Both the position numbers and the translations under genes were made by a program. Shown piece after piece: positions 38,583 through 48,657 of a stretch of 64,000 bases of DNA. The notes under the pieces are model-generated. The model made no database searches and had not been told where the DNA came from. It saw only the letters and a program-made list of their open reading frames with translations. The stretch's first letter is position 1. Each line of letters opens with the position of its first letter. Origin of the DNA: an uncultured Caulobacter sp. (GTDB taxonomy: Bacteria; Pseudomonadota; Alphaproteobacteria; Caulobacterales; Caulobacteraceae); the NCBI GenBank assembly GCA_913776195.1, contig CAJYMH010000035.1:1437-65436 (forward strand), given 5' to 3'.

Positions 38583-39677
38583 CTACAACCTCACCGCCCT
38601 CCCCTCCCGCGCTGACAGATAGATCGCCTCGATGATCTTCATGTCCCGCAGGCCTTCTTCGCCGGAGACGATGGGTTCGGCGCCGGTGCGGATGGACTGG
38701 GCCATGTGGTCGAGCTGGCCGGCGAACTGGGTCGGGGCGGGGCCGGGCGGGGGCGTGATCTCCTGGGCGCGGCCGTCGCGGCCGGTCCACATGCGGTTGC
38801 CGTCGTAGCGGGTGGCGGGCTCCAGCTCGATGCGGCCCTTGTCGCCCATCAGCAGCACGTGGTTCTGGTTGGCGCTGTACATGGACAGGCAGCTGGCGAT
38901 GGCGCCGGAGGGGAATTTCAGCAGCCACTCGATCATGTCCTCCACCTCGGCGAAGCGGGGGTCGGAGCGGTCGGTGGACTCGCGGGCCGCGACCTCGATC
39001 GGCTCCTCGCCGGTCATGTAGCGGGCGGCCTGGAGGCTGTAGACGCCCATGTCCATGAGCGAGCCGCCGCCGGACAGGGCGCGTTTGAGGCGCCATTTGC
39101 TGGGGTCGCTCTGGATGAAGCCGTGCTCGGACCGCAGGTAGCGGATCTTGCCCGCCGCGCCGGCGCGGGCCAGGCGCATGGCTTCGAGGTTGTAGGGCTC
39201 GAAATGGCAACGGTAGCCGATCATCAGCTTGCGGTCGGCGGCCTTGCAGGCGGCGATCATGGCCTCGGCCTCGGCCACCGAGACGGCCATGGGCTTTTCG
39301 CACATGACGTGCTTGCCGGCCTTGGCGGCGCGGATCGTGTACTCGGCGTGCATGGAATTGGGCAGGCAGACATAGACGATGTCCACGTCGGGGTTGCCGG
39401 CGATCTGGTCGAAGGTCTCGTACGAATAGATCGAGCGCTCGGGCACGCCATAGCGGGCGGCGGCGGCGCGGGCCTTGGCCGGATCGCCGCTGACCAGGGC
39501 TGTAAGGCGGCTGTGACGGCAGTTGGCGAACTGGGGCGCGATGACGCCCAGGCCATAGGTCCCCAGGCCGACGATGGCGTAGCCCGCCGGGCGGTCGGCG
39601 GCGAGCGCCCTTCCCGCCGCGGAGGCGACGGCGAGGGAGGCGGCGGCGAGCAGCAGGTCGCGGCGTTCGATGGGCAT
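38583..39677 (-). CDS. Gfo/Idh/MocA oxidoreductase (glucose-fructose oxidoreductase-like), Tat-exported
   Basis: RRDLL Tat motif, AIVGLG, CEKPMA, GGGSLMDMGVY. Confidence 0.92.
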   Translation of the reverse strand: MPIERRDLLLAAASLAVASAAGRALAADRPAGYAIVGLGTYGLGVIAPQFANCRHSRLTALVSGDPAKARAAAARYGVPERSIYSYETFDQIAGNPDVDIVYVCLPNSMHAEYTIRAAKAGKHVMCEKPMAVSVAEAEAMIAACKAADRKLMIGYRCHFEPYNLEAMRLARAGAAGKIRYLRSEHGFIQSDPSKWRLKRALSGGGSLMDMGVYSLQAARYMTGEEPIEVAARESTDRSDPRFAEVEDMIEWLLKFPSGAIASCLSMYSANQNHVLLMGDKGRIELEPATRYDGNRMWTGRDGRAQEITPPPGPAPTQFAGQLDHMAQSIRTGAEPIVSGEEGLRDMKIIEAIYLSAREGRAVRL

Positions 39678-39845
39678 GGTCGTCTTCTCCGGAAGCCGTC
39701 TGGGAGCGGTAACCTTAGAGAGCCACGCGGCGGACGGCGTGGCAAAAGCGGATATTTTTGACAACCTAGCCAAAACTACCGTCCACTTCCCCTACGTCAC
39801 GGTGAAAAGGCGTAAGTTATCGCCGTTATCTTACAGCGTAGCCGA

Positions 39846-39874
39846 TTGACAGCCCTCTGTGTCGCGTATGCAAT
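39846..39874 (+). promoter_or_regulatory. Putative sigma70 promoter of TBDR 4
   Basis: TTGACA-N17-TGCAAT about 115 nt upstream of ATG 39990. Confidence 0.45.
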
Positions 39875-39989
39875 TCCCTTATGGCGTGTGGGGAATGCCG
39901 AGATTCCGACACGACTGACAAAAAAATCTCGGCGCTGAGGAACGACGACGTCCGCAGGTCAACCGCCGCGGCGTTGGGAGGGAAAACAA

Positions 39990-42710
39990 ATGTCTCAATC
40001 TTCGCGCCTGCGGAGACTGCTCGCCATGGGTGTGTCCGCCGCGGCCGTCACGGCCGTCGCCGGGCCCGCCTTCGCCCAGAGCGTCATCGAGGAACTCGTC
40101 GTCACCGCCCAGAAGCGCGAGGAAGCGCTGCAGGACGTGCCGATCGCTGTCTCGGCCTTCAGCCAGCAGAGCCTGGAGGCGCAAAAGATCGACGGGGGTC
40201 CGAACCTTCAGACCGCCATTCCGAACGTCACCTTCTCGAAGACCAACTTCACCAGCGCCAACTTCCAGATCCGCGGGGTCGGCTCGAAGGTGGTGTCGGG
40301 GGCGTCCGACCAGGGCGTCGGCGTCCACCAGAACAACGCGCCGCTGACCGCCAACCGCCTGTTCGAGGCGGAGTTCTACGACGTGGAGCGGGTCGAGGTG
40401 CTGCGCGGGCCGCAGGGCACGCTTTACGGGCGCAACGCCACGGGCGGCGTGGTCAACGTGATCACCGCCAAGCCGACGGACCTGTTCGAGGCCAGCATCC
40501 GGGGGGAGCTGGGCAACTACAACACGCGTCGCCTGCGCGGCATGGTCAACCTGCCCATCGTCGAGGACAAGATGGCCCTGCGGGTGGCCGGCTCGATGAT
40601 CAAGCGCGACGGGTTCGGCGAGAACCTGACCACCGGCAACGACGTGGACGACCGCGACCTGTGGGCGGCGCGCGCCACCCTGTCGTTCAACCCGACCGAG
40701 GGCATCCGCTCCTGGCTGTCCTATGAGCACTTCGAGGAGGACGACAAGCGCGCCCGGGTGGGCAAGCAGCTGTGCGTCAAGGACCTGGGCCCGACGTCCG
40801 TCGGCCCGGTGCCGGTCAGCAACCCGTTCGCCCGCATCCTGCTGAGCCAGGGCTGTAAATCGGCGCACGTGAACGATCCGTCGTCGCTGGGCACGGTGAA
40901 CGGCGGGGCGACCCTGGCGGGCATTCCGTCCATCGTCACCGGCATCCTGTCGGGCGATCCCTATGCCGGGAAGGTGCAGAACCCGGACCTGCGCAAGATC
41001 GAGTCCTTCCAGGACCCGCAGTATCGCGCCAAGGCCGATGTGTGGATGTTCAACCTTGAACTCGACATCACCGACAGCCTGACCCTGACGTCGCTGACCT
41101 CGTACAACAAGGACAGCTACTTCACCTTCCAGGACTACAACCGGATCACGCCGGTGACGACCTTCAACCCGTCGCCGCTGACGCCGGGCGGGTTCTTCAC
41201 CGACCCGCAGCTGGGCCGCTTGAACCAGCTGGCGACCTTCGACATCTCGTCGTCGGACAGCGAGCAGTTCAGCCAGGAACTGCGCCTGCAGTCGAACTTC
41301 GACGGGCCGCTGAACTTCAACGTCGGCGCGATCCACCTGAAGCTGGACCAGGACACCAACTACTACGTCATGTCCAACGGCCTGACGGCGGCGGCGGCGG
41401 CGGGCTTCCCGGCGCCGGGGGTCTATATCGATCCGAGCTTCCCGCCGGCCGGCGACGGCCACAACTACTACCGCTCGGCCGGCCCGTACTTCCTGAACGC
41501 CACGGCGGCGTTCGGCGAGGTCTACTGGCAGGTTCTGGAGAACCTGAAGGTCACCGGCGGCCTGCGCTACACCAGCGACGAAAAGCGGGTGGACAGCCTG
41601 CCCAACGTGCTGCTGTCGCCCGGGCGCGGCGGTCGTCCGACCATTCAGCGCGTGCATTTCAAGGAGACCACGGGGCGCCTGGGCTTCGACTGGAAGCCGG
41701 ACCTGTCGTTCACCGAGGACACCCTGGTCTACGCCTTCTATTCCAAGGGCTATAAGGCGGGCGGCTTCAACCCCGCCTCGGCGGCCGGAATCTCGGGCAT
41801 CGAGACGACCTTCGCACCGGAGTTCGTCAACGCCTATGAAGTGGGTATCAAGAACACCCTGCTGGGCGGCAGCCTGCTGCTGAACGCCACCGGGTTCTAT
41901 TACGACTACCAGGGGTACCAGATCTCCAAGATCGCGGCCCGCACCTCGGTCAACGAGAACATCGACGCCAAGATCAAGGGCGTGGAGCTGGAGTCGATCT
42001 GGGAGCCGATCCGCAACCTGCGCTTCAACGCCACCTTCGGCTATCTGGACACGGAGATCACCGGCGGCTCGTCAGTTGACACCCTGAACCGGACGCAGGG
42101 CAACCCGGCCCTGACCCTGATCAACGGGGCCCTGGTCGGCGCCAACTGCGTCGCCCCCACCGCCCAGGTGGCGGCGGTGATGAGCCTGATCAACAACGGC
42201 TTCCCGGCCGCCGGCATCCCGCCGGTGAACCCGGCCTATCTGATCAACGCCTGCGGCGGCGGCTATCGCACCGGCTCCACGGCGGCGACCAACCCGCTGG
42301 CGCCGCTGGGCATCTTCCTGGACACCACCGACGGGGTGGCGGTGAGCCTGGACGGCAAGGAGCTGCCGAACGCGCCGAAGACCACCTTCTCCATCGGCGC
42401 CCAGTACACCTGGGAGTTCGGCAATGCGTGGGAGGCGGTGATCCGCGGCGACTACTACCGCCAGGACGACGCCTTCGCGCGGATCTACAACACCACGGCC
42501 GACCACCTGCCGGCCTGGGAGAACGTGAACCTGTCCCTGCGCCTGTCGAACAACGACATGGGCCTGGACGTCGAGGCCTATGTGAAGAACCTGACCGACG
42601 AGGAGGCGATCACCGACGCCTATCTGACGGACGACTCCTCGGGCCTGTTCCGCAACATCTTCCTCAGCGAACCGCGCACCTATGGCGTGGCCGTGACCAA
42701 GCGCTTCTAA
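39990..42710 (+). CDS. TonB-dependent receptor (different subfamily from copies 1-3)
   Basis: EELVVTAQKREE, EVLRGPQGTLYGRNATGG, GYKAGGFN, C-terminal Phe. Confidence 0.95.
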   Translation: MSQSSRLRRLLAMGVSAAAVTAVAGPAFAQSVIEELVVTAQKREEALQDVPIAVSAFSQQSLEAQKIDGGPNLQTAIPNVTFSKTNFTSANFQIRGVGSKVVSGASDQGVGVHQNNAPLTANRLFEAEFYDVERVEVLRGPQGTLYGRNATGGVVNVITAKPTDLFEASIRGELGNYNTRRLRGMVNLPIVEDKMALRVAGSMIKRDGFGENLTTGNDVDDRDLWAARATLSFNPTEGIRSWLSYEHFEEDDKRARVGKQLCVKDLGPTSVGPVPVSNPFARILLSQGCKSAHVNDPSSLGTVNGGATLAGIPSIVTGILSGDPYAGKVQNPDLRKIESFQDPQYRAKADVWMFNLELDITDSLTLTSLTSYNKDSYFTFQDYNRITPVTTFNPSPLTPGGFFTDPQLGRLNQLATFDISSSDSEQFSQELRLQSNFDGPLNFNVGAIHLKLDQDTNYYVMSNGLTAAAAAGFPAPGVYIDPSFPPAGDGHNYYRSAGPYFLNATAAFGEVYWQVLENLKVTGGLRYTSDEKRVDSLPNVLLSPGRGGRPTIQRVHFKETTGRLGFDWKPDLSFTEDTLVYAFYSKGYKAGGFNPASAAGISGIETTFAPEFVNAYEVGIKNTLLGGSLLLNATGFYYDYQGYQISKIAARTSVNENIDAKIKGVELESIWEPIRNLRFNATFGYLDTEITGGSSVDTLNRTQGNPALTLINGALVGANCVAPTAQVAAVMSLINNGFPAAGIPPVNPAYLINACGGGYRTGSTAATNPLAPLGIFLDTTDGVAVSLDGKELPNAPKTTFSIGAQYTWEFGNAWEAVIRGDYYRQDDAFARIYNTTADHLPAWENVNLSLRLSNNDMGLDVEAYVKNLTDEEAITDAYLTDDSSGLFRNIFLSEPRTYGVAVTKRF

Positions 42711-42737
42711 GGCGCGGGCGGAAGACCGAACTATCGG

Positions 42738-42766
42738 ACGGCGGGGAGCGATCCCCGCCGTTTTCT
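42738..42766 (+). terminator. Intrinsic terminator of TBDR 4
   Basis: acggcgggga-gcga-tccccgccgt-tttct. Confidence 0.8.
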
Positions 42767-42881
42767 CATGTGCGCCGCTTTCTTATGCCTAACAGCCTGG
42801 TGACTCTGTTGCTTAACGGGGCCGCAAGCGTCGGCGCCAATAGTCGGCCGACGTGCAATTGTCGGCTGGACCCCTTTCCGC

Positions 42882-44033
42882 ATGACCAAGAAGACCGCCT
42901 CCTCCGCGGCCCCCGCGGTCTCGCTCGGCCTTGTCGAGCGGCTGGGCGCGGACGTGTCACGCCGCCTGGAGGGACTGGCCAGCTTCGTGGACCGGTTGGG
43001 CCAGGAGCCCCTGGGTCCTGACGGCCAGGCCTGCCTGCGGGCCATCGACGAGAGCCTGACCGACGTGCGCGAGCTGCTGGCCCGCGCCACTGACCTGAAC
43101 GCAGCCCGCGTGGGCGCCCTGGCCATCGAGCCGCGCCCCCAAGCCCTGCGCCTGCTGATGGATGATCTCGAGGCCCGTTGGGCGGTGGAGGCCGCCGCCG
43201 TGGGGGCCACCCTGCTGGTCAGCTATGACGGCCAGCCCGACGCCGCCGTCATGGCCGACCCCCGCCGCATCGGTCAGATCTTCGACGCCCTGATCGGCCG
43301 CGCCCTGGGCGACGCCGGCCGCGGCGCCGTGGAGGCCAGCCTGAAGGCCCGAGAAACCGCCGACGGCATGGTCATCGAGGGCCGCGTCCGCGACAACGGC
43401 GACTGGACCCCCGACCAGGCCGCCGGCGTGTTCCGCGCGCCCATCGACAATGAGGCCATGAACCTGTCGGTCGGGCTGGGCATGGCCCTGGCCCGCCGTC
43501 TGGCTGAGGCCATGGGCGGCAAGGCGACCGCCGAGGCCAATGTCGGCCCCGGCGTGACCATCACCTTCGAGGTCACCCTGCCCGTTGCTCTGCTGGCCGA
43601 GGAGCCGGAGCCCGCCGCCGGCGCCGACCGCGTGGCCCATGTGCTGATCGTCGACGACAACGCCACCAACCGCATGGTGGTCGAGGCCCTGTGCGAAACC
43701 TTCGACTGTACGTCCGAGCAGGTTGAGGACGGCGTTGAGGCGGTCGAGGCCGCCCGCTCCGGCCGGTTCGACATCATCCTGATGGACATCAAGATGCCGC
43801 GCATGGACGGCGTCGAGGCCACGCGCGCCATCCGCGCCCTGCCCGGCAAGACCGGTCAGACCCCGATCATCGCCCTGACCGCCAAGGCCGCCCCGGCGGA
43901 CATCCAGTCCTACCTGGCGGCCGGCATGCAGAACCTGGTCGAGAAGCCCATCGCGCCCGACCGGCTGCTGGAGGCCATGAACACCGCCCTGGCGGCGGCC
44001 GAGGACGCGGCGAACGATCGGGCTGTGGCTTAG
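42882..44033 (+). CDS. Hybrid-kinase-like protein: degenerate HisKA/HATPase plus intact receiver
   Basis: ADPRRIGQI and GLGMALARRL HATPase remnants; receiver VDDN..MDIKMP..LTA..KPI. Confidence 0.85.
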   Translation: MTKKTASSAAPAVSLGLVERLGADVSRRLEGLASFVDRLGQEPLGPDGQACLRAIDESLTDVRELLARATDLNAARVGALAIEPRPQALRLLMDDLEARWAVEAAAVGATLLVSYDGQPDAAVMADPRRIGQIFDALIGRALGDAGRGAVEASLKARETADGMVIEGRVRDNGDWTPDQAAGVFRAPIDNEAMNLSVGLGMALARRLAEAMGGKATAEANVGPGVTITFEVTLPVALLAEEPEPAAGADRVAHVLIVDDNATNRMVVEALCETFDCTSEQVEDGVEAVEAARSGRFDIILMDIKMPRMDGVEATRAIRALPGKTGQTPIIALTAKAAPADIQSYLAAGMQNLVEKPIAPDRLLEAMNTALAAAEDAANDRAVA

Positions 44034-44038
44034 CCGTA

Positions 44039-44063
44039 GGAACAAAGGCCGGTCGATCCGGTT
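44039..44063 (+). promoter_or_regulatory. Putative SigT/EcfG general stress promoter
   Basis: GGAAC-N18-TT upstream of a PfpI/YhbO-type gene. Confidence 0.55.
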
Positions 44064-44111
44064 CTCCAGCCCGTCACCGCCCCCGAGGTGACAGGCCCCA
44101 GGAGAACCGCC

Positions 44112-44741
44112 ATGACCGACGTCCAATCCAGCAAGCTCAGCGGAAAGAAGGTGGCGATCCTCGCCGCCGACGGCTTTGAACGCTCAGAACTCTTCGCGCC
44201 CCTAGAAGCCCTTCGCGGCGCCGGCGCGACCGTGGACATCCTGTCGGACAAGACTGGCGAACTGCAGGCGTTCGAGCACCACGACAAGGCCGACACCATT
44301 GCGGTCGACAAGACCTTCGATCAGGTCAGCGCCGCCGACTACGACGCGATCCACATTCCCGGCGGCCTGTTCAGCCCAGACAAGGTGCGGGTCACCGAAG
44401 CCGCCCTCAAACTGGTCCGAGAGGCCTTCGACGCCGGCAAGCCGATCGGCGCGATCTGTCACGGCCCGTGGGTGCTGATCAACGCTGGCGTCGTCGCCGG
44501 CCTGACCGTGACCAGCGTCAAGAACATCCGTGAGGACCTGAAGAACGCGGACGGAGAAGTGGTGGACCAGGAAGTCGTTGTGGACGACGGCGTGGTCACC
44601 AGCCGCACGCCCGAGGACCTGGACGCGTTCTGCCGCAAGCTGATTGAGGAAGTCGCCGAGGGCCGCCACGATCCCCGAGAACGCCGAGCCGGCAGGACCA
44701 CCATGGCCAGCCCGCCGGACGAGCCGCGGAACTTCGCCTAA
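44112..44741 (+). CDS. PfpI/DJ-1 (YhbO-like) type 1 glutamine amidotransferase-domain protein
   Basis: AILAADGFE, PGG, AICHGPW nucleophile elbow, TSRTPEDL. Confidence 0.93.
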   Translation: MTDVQSSKLSGKKVAILAADGFERSELFAPLEALRGAGATVDILSDKTGELQAFEHHDKADTIAVDKTFDQVSAADYDAIHIPGGLFSPDKVRVTEAALKLVREAFDAGKPIGAICHGPWVLINAGVVAGLTVTSVKNIREDLKNADGEVVDQEVVVDDGVVTSRTPEDLDAFCRKLIEEVAEGRHDPRERRAGRTTMASPPDEPRNFA

Positions 44742-46366
44742 GCGCCCCGCAACATGAGTCCCAGCGCCGTCCGGAGACTGCGGTCGCGCAGAATCTCGCG
44801 GGCGGCGTTGCGGCCGGGATTGCCCGACACTCCGCCGCCGGGGTGCGTGCCTGATCCGCACATGTAGAGCCCCTTGATCGGCGCTCGGCAGCTGGCGCTG
44901 CCGACGAACGGCCGCGCAGCCCAAAGCTGGTCCAGGCTCATGCAACCGTGGAAGATATCGCCGCCGGTCAGGCCGAACTTGCGCTCCAGGTCCAGGGGCG
45001 ACAGGGCGGTGCGCCCGACGACCGAGGCCTTGAAGCCCGGGGCATGGGTCTCGACGGTATCGAGGATCAGTTCGGCGGCGGCGTCCCTCTCATCATCCCA
45101 GGAGCGGCCGTCGGGCAGCGTCGGTGCGAACTGCTGGCAGAACAGGCTGGCCACATGCGCGGCGGCCGGCGCCAGGCTGTGGTCCAGGGTCGAGGGGATC
45201 AGCATCTCGACGATTGGCTGTTTCGACATGCCGGTCGCCTTGGCGTCCCCATAGGCTCGGTCCATGTAGTCGAGGCTGGGGGCGATGATGATCCCGCTCT
45301 GGTGATGCTCGGCCAGTTCGCGGCCCGGAAGGGCGGAGAAGCTGGGCAGCTGGCTGAGCGCCACGTTCATGCGGAACGTGCCTGAGCCGTTGCGATAGGC
45401 GGCCACGCGGTCGCGGAAATCCGGCTTCAAATCCGCCTGGTCCACCAGCTTGCGGAACAGCAGGGATGGGTTGAGGTTGGAGGCGACGATGAGGGCGGCG
45501 AACGTTCGGCCGTCGGCGAGCTCCGCCCCCGCCGCGCGGCCGTTTTCGGTCAGCACTCGGGCCACCGGGGCGTCGGTGAGGATCTCCACGCCGAGCTTCT
45601 CGCACGCCCGCGCCATGGCCTGGGTGATGGCGCCCATGCCGCCGACGGCGTGCCCCCAGGCGCCCTTCTTTCCGTTCACCTCGCCGAAGGTGTGGTGCAG
45701 CAGCACATAGGCCGATCCCGGCGTGTCCGGACTGGCGAAAGCGCCGACCACAGCGTCGAAGCCGAACACCGCCTTGACCGGGTCGCTTTCGAACCAGCGG
45801 TCCAGCACGTCACGGGCGCTTTCGGTGAAGAAGTCTAGCAACTGTCCCTGGCGTTCGCGGGACAGGCCCAGCAGGGTCGCCCCCTGGCGCAGGGCGCGGA
45901 GCAGGCCCGGCAGGCCGTCGCCGAGGTTCGGCGGCGTCTGGACCGCCAGCTTGCGCAGGACGTCGCCGATCTCGTCCAGCATGTCGAAGTATGAGGGCAG
46001 TCGGTCGGCGTCGTTCCGCGAGAACCGGGCGAACTCGGCTTGCGTCCGCGCCAGCCCGCCGCCGGACTTCAGATAATCGCCGTCCAGCGGGAGGAAGTTG
46101 GCGATCGGCCGCTCGACGATGCGCAGGCCGTGGCCGTGCAGGTCCATCTCGGCGATGACCGCAGGGTTCAGCAGGCTGACCGTGTAGCTGGCGACGGAGT
46201 TGCGGAAGCCGGGGTGGAACTCCTCGGTCACCGCCGCGCCGCCGACCACGCTGCGGGCCTCGCACACCGTGACCTTTAGGCCCGCCTTGGCGAGATAGAA
46301 GGCGCAGACGAGGCCGTTATGGCCGCCGCCGATGATCACCGCGTCGCGCCGTTCAGTGCCCGCCAT
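44738..46366 (-). CDS. Phytoene dehydrogenase-like FAD oxidoreductase (PYROXD2-like)
   Basis: IGGGHNGLV, GGAAVTEE, GGMGAI, CGSGTHPGGGVSG. Confidence 0.92.
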   Translation of the reverse strand: MAGTERRDAVIIGGGHNGLVCAFYLAKAGLKVTVCEARSVVGGAAVTEEFHPGFRNSVASYTVSLLNPAVIAEMDLHGHGLRIVERPIANFLPLDGDYLKSGGGLARTQAEFARFSRNDADRLPSYFDMLDEIGDVLRKLAVQTPPNLGDGLPGLLRALRQGATLLGLSRERQGQLLDFFTESARDVLDRWFESDPVKAVFGFDAVVGAFASPDTPGSAYVLLHHTFGEVNGKKGAWGHAVGGMGAITQAMARACEKLGVEILTDAPVARVLTENGRAAGAELADGRTFAALIVASNLNPSLLFRKLVDQADLKPDFRDRVAAYRNGSGTFRMNVALSQLPSFSALPGRELAEHHQSGIIIAPSLDYMDRAYGDAKATGMSKQPIVEMLIPSTLDHSLAPAAAHVASLFCQQFAPTLPDGRSWDDERDAAAELILDTVETHAPGFKASVVGRTALSPLDLERKFGLTGGDIFHGCMSLDQLWAARPFVGSASCRAPIKGLYMCGSGTHPGGGVSGNPGRNAAREILRDRSLRTALGLMLRGA

Positions 46367-46502
46367 ATCGCCTCCGCCGCCGAGAGGCTGCAGCCTAGAG
46401 CGACGCGGGCTGAGGCGCAGCCTTCACATCGGCAAGGTAACCGGTATCATCGTATAAAATTCGACGGGCAGGACACGACGATCCGGCCGAGGGGAGAGAA
46501 CC

Positions 46503-48110
46503 ATGGACCATCTTGATCGCCGCACTCTGCTGTCCGCCGGCTTGGCCGCGGCAACCTTGGCGCCCCTGCCCGCCTTCGCCGCGGCCAAGGGCGGATCACC
46601 GGTCGCCCGCACTACGGCGGGTCAGGTGCGGGGCGCGACCGATCAAGGCGTGGCGGTGTTCAAGGGCGTCCGCTACGGCGCCGACACAGGCCCGCGCCGG
46701 TTCATGGCGCCCGTCGCCCCGACGCCATGGAAGGGGATCGCCGACGCCACCGCCTATGGCCACGCCGCGCCCCAGCGGTCGGATCAGCCGAGCCAGAGCG
46801 AGGATTGCCTGTTTCTGAACGTCTGGACGCCGGGCCTGCGCGACGGCGCCAAGCGGCCGGTCATGGTGTGGATACACGGCGGCGCCTATTCCAACGGCTC
46901 GGGCGCGCATCCGACCCATGACGGGACCCTGCTGGCCAAGCGCGGCGATGTTGTGGTGGTCAGCCTGAACCACCGCCTGAACGCCTTCGGCTATCTCTAT
47001 CTGGAGCGGATCGCCGGGACGGCGTTCGCCGACAGCGGCAGCGCCGGTCAGCTGGACCTGATCCTGGCCCTGCAGTGGGTGCGCGACAACATCGCCGAAT
47101 TCGGCGGCGATCCCGGCAACGTCATGGTCTTCGGCCAGTCGGGCGGCGGGGCGAAGATCGCCACCCTGATGGCCACTCCGGCCGCGCGCGGCCTGTTCCA
47201 CAAGGCGGCGACCATGAGCGGGCAGCAGGTGACCGCCCAGGGGCCGCTGAACGCCACCACCCGCGCCCACGCCCTGCTGGACGCCCTGAAGCTCAAGCCG
47301 GAACAGGCGGACCAGCTGCGGACTGTTCCCATGGCCCAGATTGTCGAGGCCTTGAACGCCCGCGATCCGGTGATCGGGGCTGGCGGGCTCTATATGGGGC
47401 CGGTGGTGGACCGCACCCTGCCCCGCCATCCGTTCTATCCGGACGCAGCGCCGCTTTCATCGGACATCCCGATGATCATCGGCAACACCAAGGGCGAGAC
47501 GCGCGGCCTGATCGGGGGCGGCGATCCTTCGACCTTCGCCCTGACCTGGGAGCAGGTTCCGCCGCTGCTGGCGCGCAACCTGCGGGTGGATATCGCGCCT
47601 GAAGCGGTGGTGGCGGAGTACCGCCGCCTCTATCCCGCCTATTCGCCGTCGGACGTGTTCTTCGCCGCCACCACGGCGGGGCGGTCCTGGCGCGGGGCGG
47701 TGATCGAGCTGGAAGAGCGGGCCAAGGGCGCCAAGGCCCCGACCTGGGGCTATCAGCTGGACTTCGGCGCCCAGGCGGACGGCGGCAAGTGGGGCGCCAG
47801 TCACGGCTATGACATCCCGCTGGTGTTCGGCACCTATGCCGGCGAAGGCTCGCGCTACGCCGACACCGCCGAGACCCGCGCCGCCTCGGGTCATATGAGC
47901 GACGCCTTCATCGCCTTCGCCCGGACGGGAAACCCGAACGCCAAGGGGCATCCAGAATGGCGCCCCTATGGCATGGAGAAGCGCGAAACCATGGTGTTCG
48001 ACGCCGTCTCGCACCTGGAGTCCGACCCGCGCGGCGCCGAACGCCGCCTGTTCGCCGCCGTCCCCTTCGCCCAGCAGGGCGGCGAGATCAGCGTGGCGCC
48101 GCAGCGCTGA
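46503..48110 (+). CDS. Type-B carboxylesterase, Tat-exported
   Basis: RRTLL, SEDCLFLNVWTP, WIHGGA, FGQSGGG, ASHGYD. Confidence 0.93.
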   Translation: MDHLDRRTLLSAGLAAATLAPLPAFAAAKGGSPVARTTAGQVRGATDQGVAVFKGVRYGADTGPRRFMAPVAPTPWKGIADATAYGHAAPQRSDQPSQSEDCLFLNVWTPGLRDGAKRPVMVWIHGGAYSNGSGAHPTHDGTLLAKRGDVVVVSLNHRLNAFGYLYLERIAGTAFADSGSAGQLDLILALQWVRDNIAEFGGDPGNVMVFGQSGGGAKIATLMATPAARGLFHKAATMSGQQVTAQGPLNATTRAHALLDALKLKPEQADQLRTVPMAQIVEALNARDPVIGAGGLYMGPVVDRTLPRHPFYPDAAPLSSDIPMIIGNTKGETRGLIGGGDPSTFALTWEQVPPLLARNLRVDIAPEAVVAEYRRLYPAYSPSDVFFAATTAGRSWRGAVIELEERAKGAKAPTWGYQLDFGAQADGGKWGASHGYDIPLVFGTYAGEGSRYADTAETRAASGHMSDAFIAFARTGNPNAKGHPEWRPYGMEKRETMVFDAVSHLESDPRGAERRLFAAVPFAQQGGEISVAPQR

Positions 48111-48116
48111 GCGCCG

Positions 48117-48143
48117 AAAGCCCCGGTCGAGAGGCCGGGGCGG
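48117..48143. terminator. Hairpin/terminator between convergent genes
   Basis: gccccggtc-gaga-ggccggggc with an A-run on the left. Confidence 0.55.
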
Positions 48144-48175
48144 TCAGGTTTGAAATTCGTGAAGGGCGAAGGGCC

Positions 48176-48301
48176 TCAGGCGCCTTCGCGCTCGGCCCAG
48201 ACTTCGCCGATGGTCTGGGCGGCGCCCAGCCAACCGAGGGCGCCGAGGAAGGCGTTAGCCACAGCCACCACCAGAATGACCGGCTCGAACAATGCGCGCA
48301 T
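48176..48301 (-). CDS. Small hypothetical membrane protein (41 aa)
   Basis: MRALFEPVILVVAVANAFLGALGWLGAAQTIGEVWAEREGA; GGAGG RBS, one TM helix, downstream hairpin; below the ORF track cutoff. Confidence 0.6.
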   Translation of the reverse strand: MRALFEPVILVVAVANAFLGALGWLGAAQTIGEVWAEREGA

Positions 48302-48657
48302 GCGAAAGCCTCCCAGACGTTTCCGGACTGCATAATGCTACCGCTTCTGTTTCGTTCCCGGAATGACGAAACGGTGACGCTTATGTGACACCGGCCGGTT
48401 TTGTGACGGAAGCGCGGTTCTCCGCGACGCCGCGCCGCATATTCCGCCCGTTACGGCCATGCTTATTGAGTTTCATCGGACTGCGGCGAACGAGCCGCGG
48501 GCCGGGAGGCCGGGCGGGCGTTCCAGGACCCCGCCCGGCCCGACTGGGGGGCGTTTATCCCAGGGGCCGCGGACCCAAGGCTTTGCAAGAGCTCGATCCC
48601 CGCGGCCCGGCGCCGCGATAAATTCAAAAAAACTTCAAAGGCTTGAAGGCTTCGTGC

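Noticed and set aside
44738-46366. Carotenoid biosynthesis (crtI)
   Set aside because: PYROXD2-like motifs and no crtB, crtE or crtY neighbours
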